A stretch of 46,500 nt of DNA from an uncultured Alistipes sp. (GCA_947178455.1 CAMWYI010000001.1:1-46500), one strand, 5' to 3'. Shown: positions 1 through 10,214, counted from the first letter of the stretch. The notes: generated by a model from the letters alone, not told the origin. Made by a program: numbers and translations.

Positions 1-1055
1 CGGACGGACTCTTCGTGAATGGCCTGCAACAGGCGGCGCATGAAGTCGGCGTCCATGCCCGATGCTTCGGCCTGCCGGATGCGGCGGGCCAACAGCTCCT
101 CGTAACGGGCCGCCTGCAACACGGGCATAGCGTGCTCCTTTTTATAACGTCCGATGTCGCGCGAAACGGCCATGCGACGTGCCAACACGTCCAGCAACTC
201 GTCGTCGAGCCGGTCGATTTCCGCCCGCAGGGCCGCAAGACCGTCGGAGGTCGCGGACGCTTCGCGGATGACCAACCGGCTGCAAATTTCGGCCAAGGCT
301 TCGGGCGTCAGCTGCTGCGCGCCGTCACTCCATGCCTCGTCGGGACGGCAATGCGCCTCGACCAACAACCCGTCGAACCCCAAATCCATCGCCTGCTGCG
401 CCAGTGTCGCCACCGCATCGCGCCGACCGCCGATATGGCTCGGGTCGCAAAAAAGCGGCAACTCCGGCAGACGGCGGTGCAATTCGATGGGCACACTCCA
501 CATCGGCACGTTGCGGTAAAGGCTTTTTTCGGCGGGCGTGAAGCCGCGATGCACGGCCCCCAAGCGGCGCACACCGGCGTTGCGGAGGCGTTCGATAGCA
601 CCGAGCCACAATTCGAGGTCGGGGCTCACGGGGTTCTTCACCAAGACGGGAATATCCGCCCCCGACCGAGCGATGCACTCGTGCAGCGCATCGGCGATTT
701 CCTGCACGGCGAACGGGTTGGCCGAAGTGCGGGCCCCGATCCACAACAGGTCGACGCCGCCTTCCCAAGCCGCCGCAACATGCTCGCGCGTGGCGACTTC
801 GGTTGCGACGTACATACCCGTTTCGCGTTTCACGCGCCGCAGCCATGCGAGCCCTTCGGCGCCGACCCCCTCGAAACCGCCCGGTTTGGTGCGGGGTTTC
901 CACAGACCGGCGCGGAAGATGCGGAATCCGGCGGTAGCCAGCCGACGGGCCGTTGCGAGCGTCTGTTCTTCGGTTTCGGCACTGCACGGCCCGGCGATGA
1001 CCGTCGGACGGTGCGCGTCGACATCGGGAAAGAACGCGGAGCAGGAATTTTTCAT
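1..1055 (-). CDS. Bifunctional DAHP synthase / chorismate mutase (3' end runs off window)
   Basis: Absent from the ORF track because there is no stop in the window. Manual translation from ATG 1055 gives MKNSCSAFFPDVDAHRPTVIAGPCSAETEEQ...FRAGLWKPRTKPGGFEGVG (IAGPCS and KPRT motifs of DAHP synthase I-beta). It ends ...LQAIHEESV at the edge, typical of the chorismate mutase C-terminus. Confidence 0.9.
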   Translation of the reverse strand, partial: MKNSCSAFFPDVDAHRPTVIAGPCSAETEEQTLATARRLATAGFRIFRAGLWKPRTKPGGFEGVGAEGLAWLRRVKRETGMYVATEVATREHVAAAWEGGVDLLWIGARTSANPFAVQEIADALHECIARSGADIPVLVKNPVSPDLELWLGAIERLRNAGVRRLGAVHRGFTPAEKSLYRNVPMWSVPIELHRRLPELPLFCDPSHIGGRRDAVATLAQQAMDLGFDGLLVEAHCRPDEAWSDGAQQLTPEALAEICSRLVIREASATSDGLAALRAEIDRLDDELLDVLARRMAVSRDIGRYKKEHAMPVLQAARYEELLARRIRQAEASGMDADFMRRLLQAIHEESV

Positions 1056-1061
1056 GGTTTG

Positions 1062-1122
1062 CAAAAATACGAAAAAAATCCGCCCGTTTTTCCGATTTAT
1101 TCGCGAGTTTTTCCTATCTTTG
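1062..1122. promoter_or_regulatory. Divergent Bacteroidetes sigma-A -7 elements for DAHP synthase (-) and mreB (+)
   Basis: TATTTTTG on the minus strand (1062-1069) and TATCTTTG on the plus strand (1115-1122) both match TAnnTTTG. Confidence 0.55.
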
Positions 1123-1237
1123 TTCGGAAATATCGCACGCATCCTGCGGCCGAAAGTCAAAGCACTGACAGCAAGCACGTTGGGTAGGTATTTCCCCGTT
1201 TTTTACTCACCGTCATTTTTGCTGCCGAAAACGCACT

Positions 1238-2257
1238 ATGGGACTTTTTTCACTGACCGAAGAGTTGGCTATCGACTTGGGAACCGCCAACACGCTGATT
1301 ATCTATAACGGGAAGGTCGTCGTCGACGAACCTTCGATCGTCGCGCTCGATGTCCATTCGGGCAAGCTGAAAGCCATCGGTCAGGTGGCCCGTCAGATGC
1401 ACGAGAAGACCAATCCGAACATCAAGACCATCCGTCCGCTCAAAGACGGCGTAATCGCCGACTTCACGGCCACGGAGATGATGCTGCGCGGCATGATTCA
1501 GAAAGTCAAGGTTTCGGGCAAACTCTTCGCCCCGTCGCTCCGCATGGTCATCTGCATTCCGTCGGGTTCGACCAACGTCGAAATCCGCGCCGTGCGCGAC
1601 TCGGCCGAACACGCCGGAGGCCGCGAGGTGTGCATGATTTACGAACCGATGGCGGCTGCGCTGGGTGCGGGGCTCGACGTCGAGGCACCGGAAGGCAACA
1701 TGGTCATCGACATCGGCGGCGGTACGTCGGAAATCGCCTGCATCTCGCTGGGCGGCATCGTCTGCTCGGAGAGTATCAACGTGGCGGGCGACGTCTTCAC
1801 GAACGACATTCAGACCTACGTGCGTCAGCAGCACAACATCCGCATCGGCGAACGCACGGCCGAAGCTATCAAGTGCGCTATCGGTGCGGCGACCAACGAC
1901 TTGGAGGAAGAACCCGAAGATTTCGTCGTAACGGGCCCCAACATGCTGACCGCCCTGCCGCAGACCGTGTCGCTGTCGTACAGCGAAATCGCCTATGCGC
2001 TCGAAAAGTCGCTGGCCAAAATCGATATGGCGCTGATGAAGGTGCTCGAATCCATGCCGCCCGAACTCTACACGGATATCGTGAAGAACGGCATCTACTT
2101 GGCGGGCGGCGGCGCACTGCTCAAAGGGCTCGACCGACGGCTGAACGAAAAAACGGGCCTGCCGTTCCACATCGCCGAAGATCCGCTGCGTGCCGTTGCG
2201 CGCGGTACGGGCATCGCGTTGAAGAACATCAACCGGTTCTCGTTCCTGATGAAATAG
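1238..2257 (+). CDS. mreB: Rod shape-determining actin-like protein MreB
   Basis: DLGTANT, RPLKDGVIADF, DIGGGTSE and LAGGGALL actin-fold motifs; first gene of the mre cluster. Confidence 0.97.
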   Translation: MGLFSLTEELAIDLGTANTLIIYNGKVVVDEPSIVALDVHSGKLKAIGQVARQMHEKTNPNIKTIRPLKDGVIADFTATEMMLRGMIQKVKVSGKLFAPSLRMVICIPSGSTNVEIRAVRDSAEHAGGREVCMIYEPMAAALGAGLDVEAPEGNMVIDIGGGTSEIACISLGGIVCSESINVAGDVFTNDIQTYVRQQHNIRIGERTAEAIKCAIGAATNDLEEEPEDFVVTGPNMLTALPQTVSLSYSEIAYALEKSLAKIDMALMKVLESMPPELYTDIVKNGIYLAGGGALLKGLDRRLNEKTGLPFHIAEDPLRAVARGTGIALKNINRFSFLMK

Positions 2258-2278
2258 CCGGCTTAAAAAGCCGGTTTT
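2258..2278 (+). terminator. Hairpin plus short U-tract after mreB (possible attenuating terminator)
   Basis: CCGGCTT-AAA-AAGCCGG followed by TTTT. Confidence 0.45.
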
Positions 2279-2430
2279 AAGCGCTACGAACGGCCTCGCA
2301 GCTTCGGATCGTAGGAAGCGAATGAAAAAGAGAGCGGATCTTCGAGCCGCTACATGATTTTGAATTATGAATCGGACAAAAGCGCTTCCGACCAGCCGAA
2401 ACAAACGGATTGCCCGTAGCGCCAATAAAA

Positions 2431-3336
2431 ATGTATAAACTGATCGAGTTCATACGGAGCATTTACGTCGTAGTGCTCTTCATCGCGATCGAGGCGATCG
2501 CTATCGGGCATTACGCCCGCTCGACCCACTACGCCCGCGCCCGATTGCTGGCCAAAGCGACGCAAGTCGTCGGCGCAGGCCACGATGCACTGGCCGGCAT
2601 CCGCCGCTACTTCCGATTGGAACGCGAGAACCGCGACCTGCTCGAATACACCGCCCGTCTGCAAGAACGCCTCTCCGCTTACGAAACGGCCGACAAAACC
2701 CTTTTCGAGATTACCGCAGAAGCCCCGACGACCGATTCGCTCGCAACCGATGCAACCGAAACGCCCGATGCAATCCAACGCATTCTGAACGATCCGCAAT
2801 ACCGCACGCTGACGGCGGCCGTCATTTCGAGCACCATCAGCAAACCCGAAAACTTCTTCGTACTCAATCGCGGCACGCGCGACGGCGTGAAACGCGAAAT
2901 GGCCGTGATTTCGGCCAGCGGCGCTATCGTCGGGTATGTCGTCCACTGCACGAAAGGATACTCCATCGCACTCTCCGTATTGAGCAGTTCGTTCCGCACG
3001 AGCGGCATGTTGAGCGGCTCGACCTATCGCGGTTCGATCTACTGGGACGGAGCCGACCCCCACACGGTATTGATGGGCGACCTGTCGAAATACGCCGACC
3101 CGCAACCCGGACGCGAAATCGAAACCAACGGCTCGCTCTTTTTCCCCGACGGCGTGAAAATCGGCCGCATCCTCGACGCCCAGCTCGATGAAACCGGCAC
3201 GACCTACACCGTGCGGGTCGAACTGGATGCCCGTCTGTCGGGACTTTCGCACGTGATACTGGTCGAAAACCGCGACTTGGACGAAATCCACAGCCTGATG
3301 CAAAGCGACAGCATCGGCCATTACATCCAACATTGA
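2431..3336 (+). CDS. mreC: Rod shape-determining protein MreC
   Basis: N-terminal TM, coiled coil (LERENRDLL), LNRGTRDGVKREMAVIS and ETNGSLFFPDGVKIG motifs. ATG 2431 is preferred over TTG 2410. Confidence 0.92.
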   Translation: MYKLIEFIRSIYVVVLFIAIEAIAIGHYARSTHYARARLLAKATQVVGAGHDALAGIRRYFRLERENRDLLEYTARLQERLSAYETADKTLFEITAEAPTTDSLATDATETPDAIQRILNDPQYRTLTAAVISSTISKPENFFVLNRGTRDGVKREMAVISASGAIVGYVVHCTKGYSIALSVLSSSFRTSGMLSGSTYRGSIYWDGADPHTVLMGDLSKYADPQPGREIETNGSLFFPDGVKIGRILDAQLDETGTTYTVRVELDARLSGLSHVILVENRDLDEIHSLMQSDSIGHYIQH

Positions 3337-3343
3337 CCCGCCC

Positions 3344-3865
3344 ATGTACCGCACATTCCCCTATCTCACGCTTTTGGCAGCGACGGTTCTCGTGCAGGTG
3401 TATCTGTTCGACAACCTCTCGATAAGCATCTACTTCGCGCCGATGATTTATCTGGCCTACGTGCTGCTGCTGCCGCTCGACACCTCGCACTTCGCGCTGC
3501 TGGTCGCCGGATTGTGCACGGGCTGGCTCATGGACTACACGATGGGCACCGACGGGTTGAATATCATTTCGACGCTGCCCGTAGCGTTTCTGCGGCCTTG
3601 GATTATCGCCGCCGTCTACAACCGCGAAGACCCCCACGAAGGCGGCATCCCGTCGACGGCACGATTCGGTCGGGCCAAATTTTTCCGCTATCTCGTGGTG
3701 TGCGTGCTGCTGCACCACCTCATCTTCTTCTCGTTCGAGGCCCTGTCGTGGGTGCATCTCCACCGCACGCTGCTGCGCATCGTCATCAGCAGCGCCTCGT
3801 CGGTATGCTTCCTGTGGATTACCGCCCGATTATTCACCCTTAAACTCACCACGCGCATAGGATGA
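3344..3865 (+). CDS. mreD: Rod shape-determining membrane protein MreD
   Basis: Hydrophobic 173-aa protein between mreC and PBP2; GLCTGWLMDY motif. Confidence 0.88.
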   Translation: MYRTFPYLTLLAATVLVQVYLFDNLSISIYFAPMIYLAYVLLLPLDTSHFALLVAGLCTGWLMDYTMGTDGLNIISTLPVAFLRPWIIAAVYNREDPHEGGIPSTARFGRAKFFRYLVVCVLLHHLIFFSFEALSWVHLHRTLLRIVISSASSVCFLWITARLFTLKLTTRIG

Positions 3866-5688
3866 ACGGAATGGAAGGATTCGCGCGGATGCGAACGCTG
3901 CAGTTCGTGGTCATCTGCATCTTTGCGGTGCTGGTCGGACGGCTGTTCTACATCCAGCTGGTCGACGACCGCTACGAAGAACTGGCCCGCTCCAATACCC
4001 TGCGCCGCGTGGTGCAATATCCGCCGCGCGGCGAAGTCTTCGACCGCAACGGCGAGTATTTAGTCCAAAGCCGTGGCTGCTACGACCTGATGGTCACCTA
4101 CCGCGAACTCGACCGTGCGGGATTCGACACGGCCCGTTTCTGCGCTATCACGGGCATCAGCGAGACCAAACTCAAACGTGAACTGGCGAACGCCCGCATG
4201 ACCCCGCGCAAACCCTATGTCGTGGCCAAATATCTCCCGAAAGAGGATAAACTGCGTTTCGACGAGTGCAATTTCTCGGGGTTCTACACCGTGTACCGCA
4301 CCATTCGCGAATACCCGCGCAAAATCGGCGGCAACGTCTTGGGCTACGTGGGCGAGGTGAACGAGAATATCGTGAAACGCAATCCCGACTACCGCGCGGG
4401 CGACTATATCGGCATGAGCGGCGTGGAACGCTCCTACGAACAACTGCTCAAAGGGCGCAAAGGCGTCAAGGTGCAGGAGGCGGACAAGCACAACGTCATC
4501 CAGCGGTCGTACATGAACGGGCGGTTCGATTCGCTGCCCGAGCCGGGTTCCTATTTGGTGAGCACCATCGACGCCAAGCTGCAACTGCTGGGCGAGGAGT
4601 TGATGCGCGGCAAAGTGGGTGCGGCGGTGGCTATCGACCCCGCGACGGGCGAAATCCTGATGATGGTTTCGTCGCCGACCTACGACCCCGACGAACTGCT
4701 CGGACGCGAACGCGGCAACAACTACATGCGGCTGCTGCGCGACGAACGCCACCCGCTGTTCAACCGCGCCGTGACGTCGAAGTATCCGCCGGGCTCGACG
4801 TTCAAATTAGTGCAGGGACTTATCGGGTTGCAAGAGGGCGTCCTCCGGCCGACCGACCGCCACGTCTGCAACATGGGCTACCAAGCGGGCAAGCTGAAAA
4901 TGGCCTGCCATGCCCACGCCTCGCCGCTCGACCTGCGGTTCGCTGTCGCAACGTCGTGCAACGCCTATTTCTGTTACGTCTTCCGCGACATCCTCGAAAA
5001 TCCCAAGTACAGCAGCGTCAAGGAGGGATTCGACATGTGGCGGCGGTATATCGAAAGTTTCGGCTTCGGCGAACGGTTAGGGTCGGACTTCCTCGACGAA
5101 GGCACGGGCCAAGTGCCCGACCGCGCCTACTACGACAAACGCTATCACGGCTCGTGGAACGCGCTGACAGTGCTGTCGCTCTCTATCGGACAGGGCGAGG
5201 TGGGCTGCACGCCGCTGCAGCTGGCCAACTTGGCGTGCATCATCGCCAATCGCGGCTACTACTACATCCCCCACATCGTCCGCAAAATCGAAGGGTGCGA
5301 CTCGCTCGACCGCCGTTTCTACGAACGGCACTACACGATGGTCGACGCACGCCATTTCGAGCCTATCGTAGAGGGTATGTGGCGCAGCGTCCATGTGGAC
5401 GGAACGTCGAAAGCGGCCTACCTGCCCGACCTCGATGTCTGCGGCAAAACGGGTACGGCCCAGAACCCCAACGGACGCGACCACTCGACATTCCTGTCGT
5501 TCGCACCGAAAGACAATCCGCGCATCGCCATTTCGGTCTACGTCGAGCACGGCGGATTCGGCGCAGCGACCGCCCTGCCCATCGCCAGCCTTTTGGAAGA
5601 GTACTACCTGACGGACACCATCCGCCGTCCGGCGATGCTGGAATACGTCAAAAACATGCAACTGCCCAACTATGCACAGCAGCATTGA
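3862..5688 (+). CDS. mrdA: Penicillin-binding protein 2
   Basis: SxxK (PGSTFK), SxN (SCN) and KTG (GKTGTAQ) motifs; N-terminal TM; mre operon context. Confidence 0.95.
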   Translation: MNGMEGFARMRTLQFVVICIFAVLVGRLFYIQLVDDRYEELARSNTLRRVVQYPPRGEVFDRNGEYLVQSRGCYDLMVTYRELDRAGFDTARFCAITGISETKLKRELANARMTPRKPYVVAKYLPKEDKLRFDECNFSGFYTVYRTIREYPRKIGGNVLGYVGEVNENIVKRNPDYRAGDYIGMSGVERSYEQLLKGRKGVKVQEADKHNVIQRSYMNGRFDSLPEPGSYLVSTIDAKLQLLGEELMRGKVGAAVAIDPATGEILMMVSSPTYDPDELLGRERGNNYMRLLRDERHPLFNRAVTSKYPPGSTFKLVQGLIGLQEGVLRPTDRHVCNMGYQAGKLKMACHAHASPLDLRFAVATSCNAYFCYVFRDILENPKYSSVKEGFDMWRRYIESFGFGERLGSDFLDEGTGQVPDRAYYDKRYHGSWNALTVLSLSIGQGEVGCTPLQLANLACIIANRGYYYIPHIVRKIEGCDSLDRRFYERHYTMVDARHFEPIVEGMWRSVHVDGTSKAAYLPDLDVCGKTGTAQNPNGRDHSTFLSFAPKDNPRIAISVYVEHGGFGAATALPIASLLEEYYLTDTIRRPAMLEYVKNMQLPNYAQQH

Positions 5689-7129
5689 CCGAAATACCCG
5701 ACTGTTCAAGGGCGTCGACCTCCTCGCCGTACTGCTCTATGCCGCTATCGTCATCGCGGGGTGCGTCTCGATTACGTCGGCCTCGTACGACGACACGACC
5801 GGCAGCGGGTTTTTCTCGCTCTCGCACTTCTACATGAAGCAGGCGGTGTGGGTCAGCATAGCTTGTACAATGGCTATCGTCGTGCTGCTGCTCGACGAAC
5901 GGTTCTATCACATGCTGGCCTATCCGGCCTACGCCGTCGGTCTGGTGATGCTCGTCGCGGCCCTGCTGTTCGGCCGTGAAGTCAACGGCGCCAAAGCGTG
6001 GTTCGAGTTCGGCTCGTTCCGCATGCAGCCGGTCGAATTCGCGAAAATCGCGACGGCTCTCGCCCTCGCACGCGTGATGAGCGCCTATACGTTCTCCATA
6101 GACCGCGCAGGCGACCTGTTCAAAGTCGCGCTGGTCATCTGCCTGCCGCTGGGCATCATCATCCTGCAAAACGACACCGGTTCGGGTATCGTGCTGGGGT
6201 CGTTCCTCTTCGTGCTCTATCGCGAGGGGCTGAACAAGTGGCTGTGCGTGCCGGTGCTGCTGATTGCGACGCTGTTCATCATCTCGTTCCTGCTGACGCC
6301 GATGACGCTGCTGGTGCTTTCGATCGTCGTCTGCACGCTCTGCGAAGCGATGATCAACCACCACTGGCGGGCAAGCATCATCTATCTGGCATCGCTCGCG
6401 CTGGCCAGCATCGTGTGCTATGCGGCGCTGGTCGTATTCGCGCCCGGCACAGCCGATTTCTACCGCACGCTGCTCGTCGTGACGATTCTTTCGCTCATCG
6501 GCGTGGCGATTTATGCCTATCGGGTCAATCTGAACAACATCTATCTGATTATCGGGCTGTTCGTCGGCATGCTGATTTTCTTTCCGACGACCGACTACAT
6601 CTTCAACTCCATACTGAAAGAGCACCAGCAGAACCGCATCAAGAGTTTCTTGGGCATCATCAGCGACCCGCGCGGCATCGACTACAACGTCAATCAGTCG
6701 AAAATCGCTATCGGCTCGGGCGGCTTCACGGGCAAGGGATTCATGGAGGGGACGCAAATCCGCTACGGATTCGTACCCGAACACCACACCGACTTCATCT
6801 TCTGCACCGTCGGCGAAGAGTGGGGATTCCTCGGCACGATATTCGTGCTGTCGCTGTTCTGCCTGCTGATTTTCAGGCTAATGCGCATGGGCGAACGGCA
6901 GGAGGAACCCTTCGGCCGCATCTATTGTTACTGCGTGGCCTCGATTTTGTTGTTCCACGTACTGGTCAACGTCGGCATGACTATCGGACTAGTCCCCGTC
7001 ATGGGTATCCCGCTGCCGCTGATGAGCTACGGCGGGTCGTCGCTCATCGCATTCACCATTCTGATATTCATCGCCATTCGGCTCGACGCCGCAACCAAAC
7101 AATTCTCTCCCAACAAGTTCCGGCCATGA
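5672..7129 (+). CDS. rodA: Rod shape-determining SEDS protein RodA
   Basis: QPVEFAK, QSKIAIGSGG, PEHHTDFIF and PLPLMSYGGSS SEDS motifs; follows mrdA. Confidence 0.95.
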   Translation: MHSSIDRNTRLFKGVDLLAVLLYAAIVIAGCVSITSASYDDTTGSGFFSLSHFYMKQAVWVSIACTMAIVVLLLDERFYHMLAYPAYAVGLVMLVAALLFGREVNGAKAWFEFGSFRMQPVEFAKIATALALARVMSAYTFSIDRAGDLFKVALVICLPLGIIILQNDTGSGIVLGSFLFVLYREGLNKWLCVPVLLIATLFIISFLLTPMTLLVLSIVVCTLCEAMINHHWRASIIYLASLALASIVCYAALVVFAPGTADFYRTLLVVTILSLIGVAIYAYRVNLNNIYLIIGLFVGMLIFFPTTDYIFNSILKEHQQNRIKSFLGIISDPRGIDYNVNQSKIAIGSGGFTGKGFMEGTQIRYGFVPEHHTDFIFCTVGEEWGFLGTIFVLSLFCLLIFRLMRMGERQEEPFGRIYCYCVASILLFHVLVNVGMTIGLVPVMGIPLPLMSYGGSSLIAFTILIFIAIRLDAATKQFSPNKFRP

Positions 7130-9708
7130 CGCATTACACCCCGCAAGGGCTCTCGCCCGAAGAAGTCGCCGCCAGCCGGCGCCGACACGGGGTCAATCTC
7201 ATCACACCGGCACGGGACACCCCGGCATGGCAGCTCTTTGCCGAGAAATTCCGCGACCCGATTATCCGCATGCTGCTCGTCGCAGCCGCACTCTCTATCG
7301 GCATCGGTGCTTTTCACGGCGATTTCACCGAATCGGTCGGCATCGTCTGCGCTATCGTGCTGGCTACCTGCGTCGGATTCTGGTTCGAGCAGGACGCACG
7401 GCGACGCTTCCGCCGACTGAACAAGGTCAACGACGACGTGCCCGTCAAAGTGCTGCGCGGGGGTGCGATGTGCAACATTCCGCGACGCGAAGTCGTGGTC
7501 GGCGACATCGCCGTGGTCGAATGCGGCGAAACGGTGCCTGCCGACGGCGAACTCATCGAAGCCGTTTCGCTGAAAATCGACGAATCGACCCTCACGGGCG
7601 AACCGGTCTGCGACAAGACGACCGACGAAAGCCGTTTCGACCCCGAAGCGACCTATCCGTCGAACCGGCTGTTGCGCGGCACGTCGGTCATCGACGGCTA
7701 CGGGCGCATGGTCGTCACGGCCGTCGGCGACAACACCGAAGCGGGCCGCGTCACGGAACAATCGACCGTGCGCAACGACGAGCCGACGCCGCTCGACCGT
7801 CAGCTGGAACACCTCTCGCGCCTCATCGGACGGGTCGGAATCATCGTCGCCGTCGTCATCTTCGGCGTCATGCTGGCCAAAGCCGTCGTGTTCGGCGGAC
7901 TGCTGCAACGGCCGGGCATCGAAATCGCCGACTATGTGCTGCACGTCTTCATGGTCTCGGTCGCCCTCATCGTCATGGCCGTGCCCGAAGGGCTGCCGAT
8001 GAGCATCACCCTGTCGCTGGCGATTTCAATGCGCAAGATGCTGCGTACCAACAATTTAGTGCGCAAGATGCACGCCTGCGAAACGATGGGCGCCGTGACG
8101 GTCATCTGCACCGACAAGACCGGCACGCTGACCCGCAACCGCATGGCCGTGCACGATTTCGTGCGTTACGACAACCTCGCGGCACTCGATTTCGCCGAAA
8201 CCGTCGCCGCCAATACGACCGCTTTTCTCGACGCTTCGGGCGCCGCGCTCGGCAACCCGACGGAAGGGGCGCTGCTGGCATGGCTGCGCGACAACGGCGC
8301 GGATTACGAATCCCTGCGCCGCCAAGCCCGCATTCTCGACCGAATGACCTTTTCGGCCGAACGCAAATACATGGCCACGCTCATCGAGAGCGGATTTTCG
8401 GGCCGGCGGATGCTGTGCGTCAAGGGGGCGCCCGAAATCGTGCGGGGTTTCTGCGCACCGGACGGCCGCGACGCGGAGATAGCCGCCCGACTGGACGAAG
8501 CGCAACACCGCGCCATGCGCACACTCGGATTCGCTTGGCGCGAAACGGCTGCGACCGACTGCGCCACCGCGCTCGCCGAAGGCGGGCTGCATTTCGCGGC
8601 TATCGCAGCCATTGCCGACCCCATTCGCGACGAGGTACCGGAGGCCGTCCGACGGTGCATGGAGGCAGGCCTGCTGATAAAAATCGTCACGGGCGACACG
8701 ACGGACACCGCGACCGAAATCGCCCGCCGCATCGGGCTGTGGGACGACCGCACGGACACCGACCGCAATCGCATGACGGGGGCCGAGTTCGCGGCGATGA
8801 CCGACGACGAGTTGCTCGGCTGCATACGGGACCTGAAACTGCTGTCGCGCGCTCGTCCGCTCGACAAACAACGGCTGGTGCGTCTGCTGCAACGCTGCGG
8901 CGAGGTGATCGCCGTGACGGGCGACGGCACGAACGATGCACCGGCCCTGAACTTCGCCAACGTAGGGCTGTCGATGGGTTCGGGCACGTCGGTCGCCAAA
9001 GATGCGTCGGACATCACGCTCGTAGACGATTCGTTTTCGTCGATTGCGACGGCCGTGCTGTGGGGCCGCTCGCTCTATCGCAACATCCAGCGGTTCGTGC
9101 TCTTTCAGCTCACAATCAACGTCGTGGCTATCGTCGTCTGCTTCGTCGGAGCCGTCGTCGGCACCGACATGCCGCTCACAGTGGTGCAGATTCTGTGGGT
9201 CAACATCATCATGGACACCTTCGCGGCCATGGCGATGGCCTCGCTGCCCCCGAGTCCCGAAGTGATGCGCGACCCGCCGCGACGGCGCGACGAGTTCATC
9301 ATCACACCGGCCATGACGCGCACGATTTTCACCTGCGCGGGCGTGATGATTGCCGTGCTGCTGGGCCTGCTGTTCGCGTGGACGTCGCACGCAGGCGACC
9401 TGACCGTGCACCGGCTGACCCTCTTTTTCACGACCTTCGTGTTCCTGCAATTCTGGAACATGTTCAACGCCCGCAGCTTCGAGCTGCATCGGCCCGTCTA
9501 CCGCAGTTTTCGCGGCTGCCGCGAGTTTTTCCTCGTCTTGGCCGCCATTGCCGTCGGCCAGTGGCTGATTGTCGAAGCGGGCGGCGAAGTGTTCCGCACG
9601 CAACCCCTGCCCGCGAGCGACTGGGCGGCCATCGTCGGGCTGACCTCGCTCTTGGCACTCGGCGGCGAAGCGTTGCGGGCCTTGCGGCGGAAAAGAACGT
9701 CGCACTGA
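7126..9708 (+). CDS. Calcium-translocating P-type ATPase (PMCA-type)
   Basis: DESTLTGE, VPEGLP, DKTGTLT, TGD and GDGTNDAPAL motifs. The true start is ATG 7126, overlapping the rodA stop (ATGA), not 5998. Confidence 0.93.
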   Translation: MTHYTPQGLSPEEVAASRRRHGVNLITPARDTPAWQLFAEKFRDPIIRMLLVAAALSIGIGAFHGDFTESVGIVCAIVLATCVGFWFEQDARRRFRRLNKVNDDVPVKVLRGGAMCNIPRREVVVGDIAVVECGETVPADGELIEAVSLKIDESTLTGEPVCDKTTDESRFDPEATYPSNRLLRGTSVIDGYGRMVVTAVGDNTEAGRVTEQSTVRNDEPTPLDRQLEHLSRLIGRVGIIVAVVIFGVMLAKAVVFGGLLQRPGIEIADYVLHVFMVSVALIVMAVPEGLPMSITLSLAISMRKMLRTNNLVRKMHACETMGAVTVICTDKTGTLTRNRMAVHDFVRYDNLAALDFAETVAANTTAFLDASGAALGNPTEGALLAWLRDNGADYESLRRQARILDRMTFSAERKYMATLIESGFSGRRMLCVKGAPEIVRGFCAPDGRDAEIAARLDEAQHRAMRTLGFAWRETAATDCATALAEGGLHFAAIAAIADPIRDEVPEAVRRCMEAGLLIKIVTGDTTDTATEIARRIGLWDDRTDTDRNRMTGAEFAAMTDDELLGCIRDLKLLSRARPLDKQRLVRLLQRCGEVIAVTGDGTNDAPALNFANVGLSMGSGTSVAKDASDITLVDDSFSSIATAVLWGRSLYRNIQRFVLFQLTINVVAIVVCFVGAVVGTDMPLTVVQILWVNIIMDTFAAMAMASLPPSPEVMRDPPRRRDEFIITPAMTRTIFTCAGVMIAVLLGLLFAWTSHAGDLTVHRLTLFFTTFVFLQFWNMFNARSFELHRPVYRSFRGCREFFLVLAAIAVGQWLIVEAGGEVFRTQPLPASDWAAIVGLTSLLALGGEALRALRRKRTSH

Positions 9709-9767
9709 ACCGTCGGCTCGTGGCACGGGTTTTGACCGTTTGCAGGAAAACCAAAAACGAAAAAAGT

Positions 9768-10214
9768 ATGGTACCTGTAAGACGTAATCAGAACAACTGG
9801 CTGCCGAGCATCTTCAACGACCTGCTCGACGGCACGTGGCCCGACCACCGCAATACGACCTCGCCGGCCGTGAATATCATCGAGAGCGAAGATTGCTACA
9901 AGGTCGAAGTGGCTGCGCCGGGCATGACCCGCGAAGACTTCAAAGTGCACCTCAACGAGGACAACGAACTGCTCATCTCGCTGGAAAAGAAGAACGAATC
10001 GAAAGAGAACGAGCCGACCTCCGAATCGAAGCGGGGCACCTACCTGCGGCGCGAATTTTCCTACACGCAGTTCCGGCAGACGCTGCTGCTGCCCGACAAC
10101 ATCGAACGCGACAAAATCTCGGCCCGCATGGAGAACGGCGTGATGACGATCGACATTCCGAAAAAATCGAAAGCCGACGTCGCAGCCGCCTCGCGTCAAA
10201 TCGAGGTGCAGTAA
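9768..10214 (+). CDS. Small heat-shock protein Hsp20/alpha-crystallin family
   Basis: PAVNIIE, VAAPGM, YLRREFSYTQF and ENGVMTIDIPK motifs; ATG 9768 follows an A-rich leader. Confidence 0.93.
   Translation: MVPVRRNQNNWLPSIFNDLLDGTWPDHRNTTSPAVNIIESEDCYKVEVAAPGMTREDFKVHLNEDNELLISLEKKNESKENEPTSESKRGTYLRREFSYTQFRQTLLLPDNIERDKISARMENGVMTIDIPKKSKADVAAASRQIEVQ

Noticed and set aside
15-1187. 390-aa plus-strand ORF and the many other long antisense ORFs across 1-26500
   Set aside because: Antisense or alternate-frame shadows of well-supported genes, expected in high-GC DNA with few stop codons; no recognisable motifs.
5998-7125. 376-aa N-terminal extension of the P-type ATPase
   Set aside because: Off-frame overlap with rodA and low-complexity translation; ATG 7126 at the rodA stop is the sensible start.
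7227-10214. 995-aa ORF apparently fusing a long N-terminus to Hsp20
   Set aside because: The upstream part is an Arg-rich off-frame shadow of the GC-rich Ca-ATPase gene. The real hsp20 starts at ATG 9768 with its own leader.
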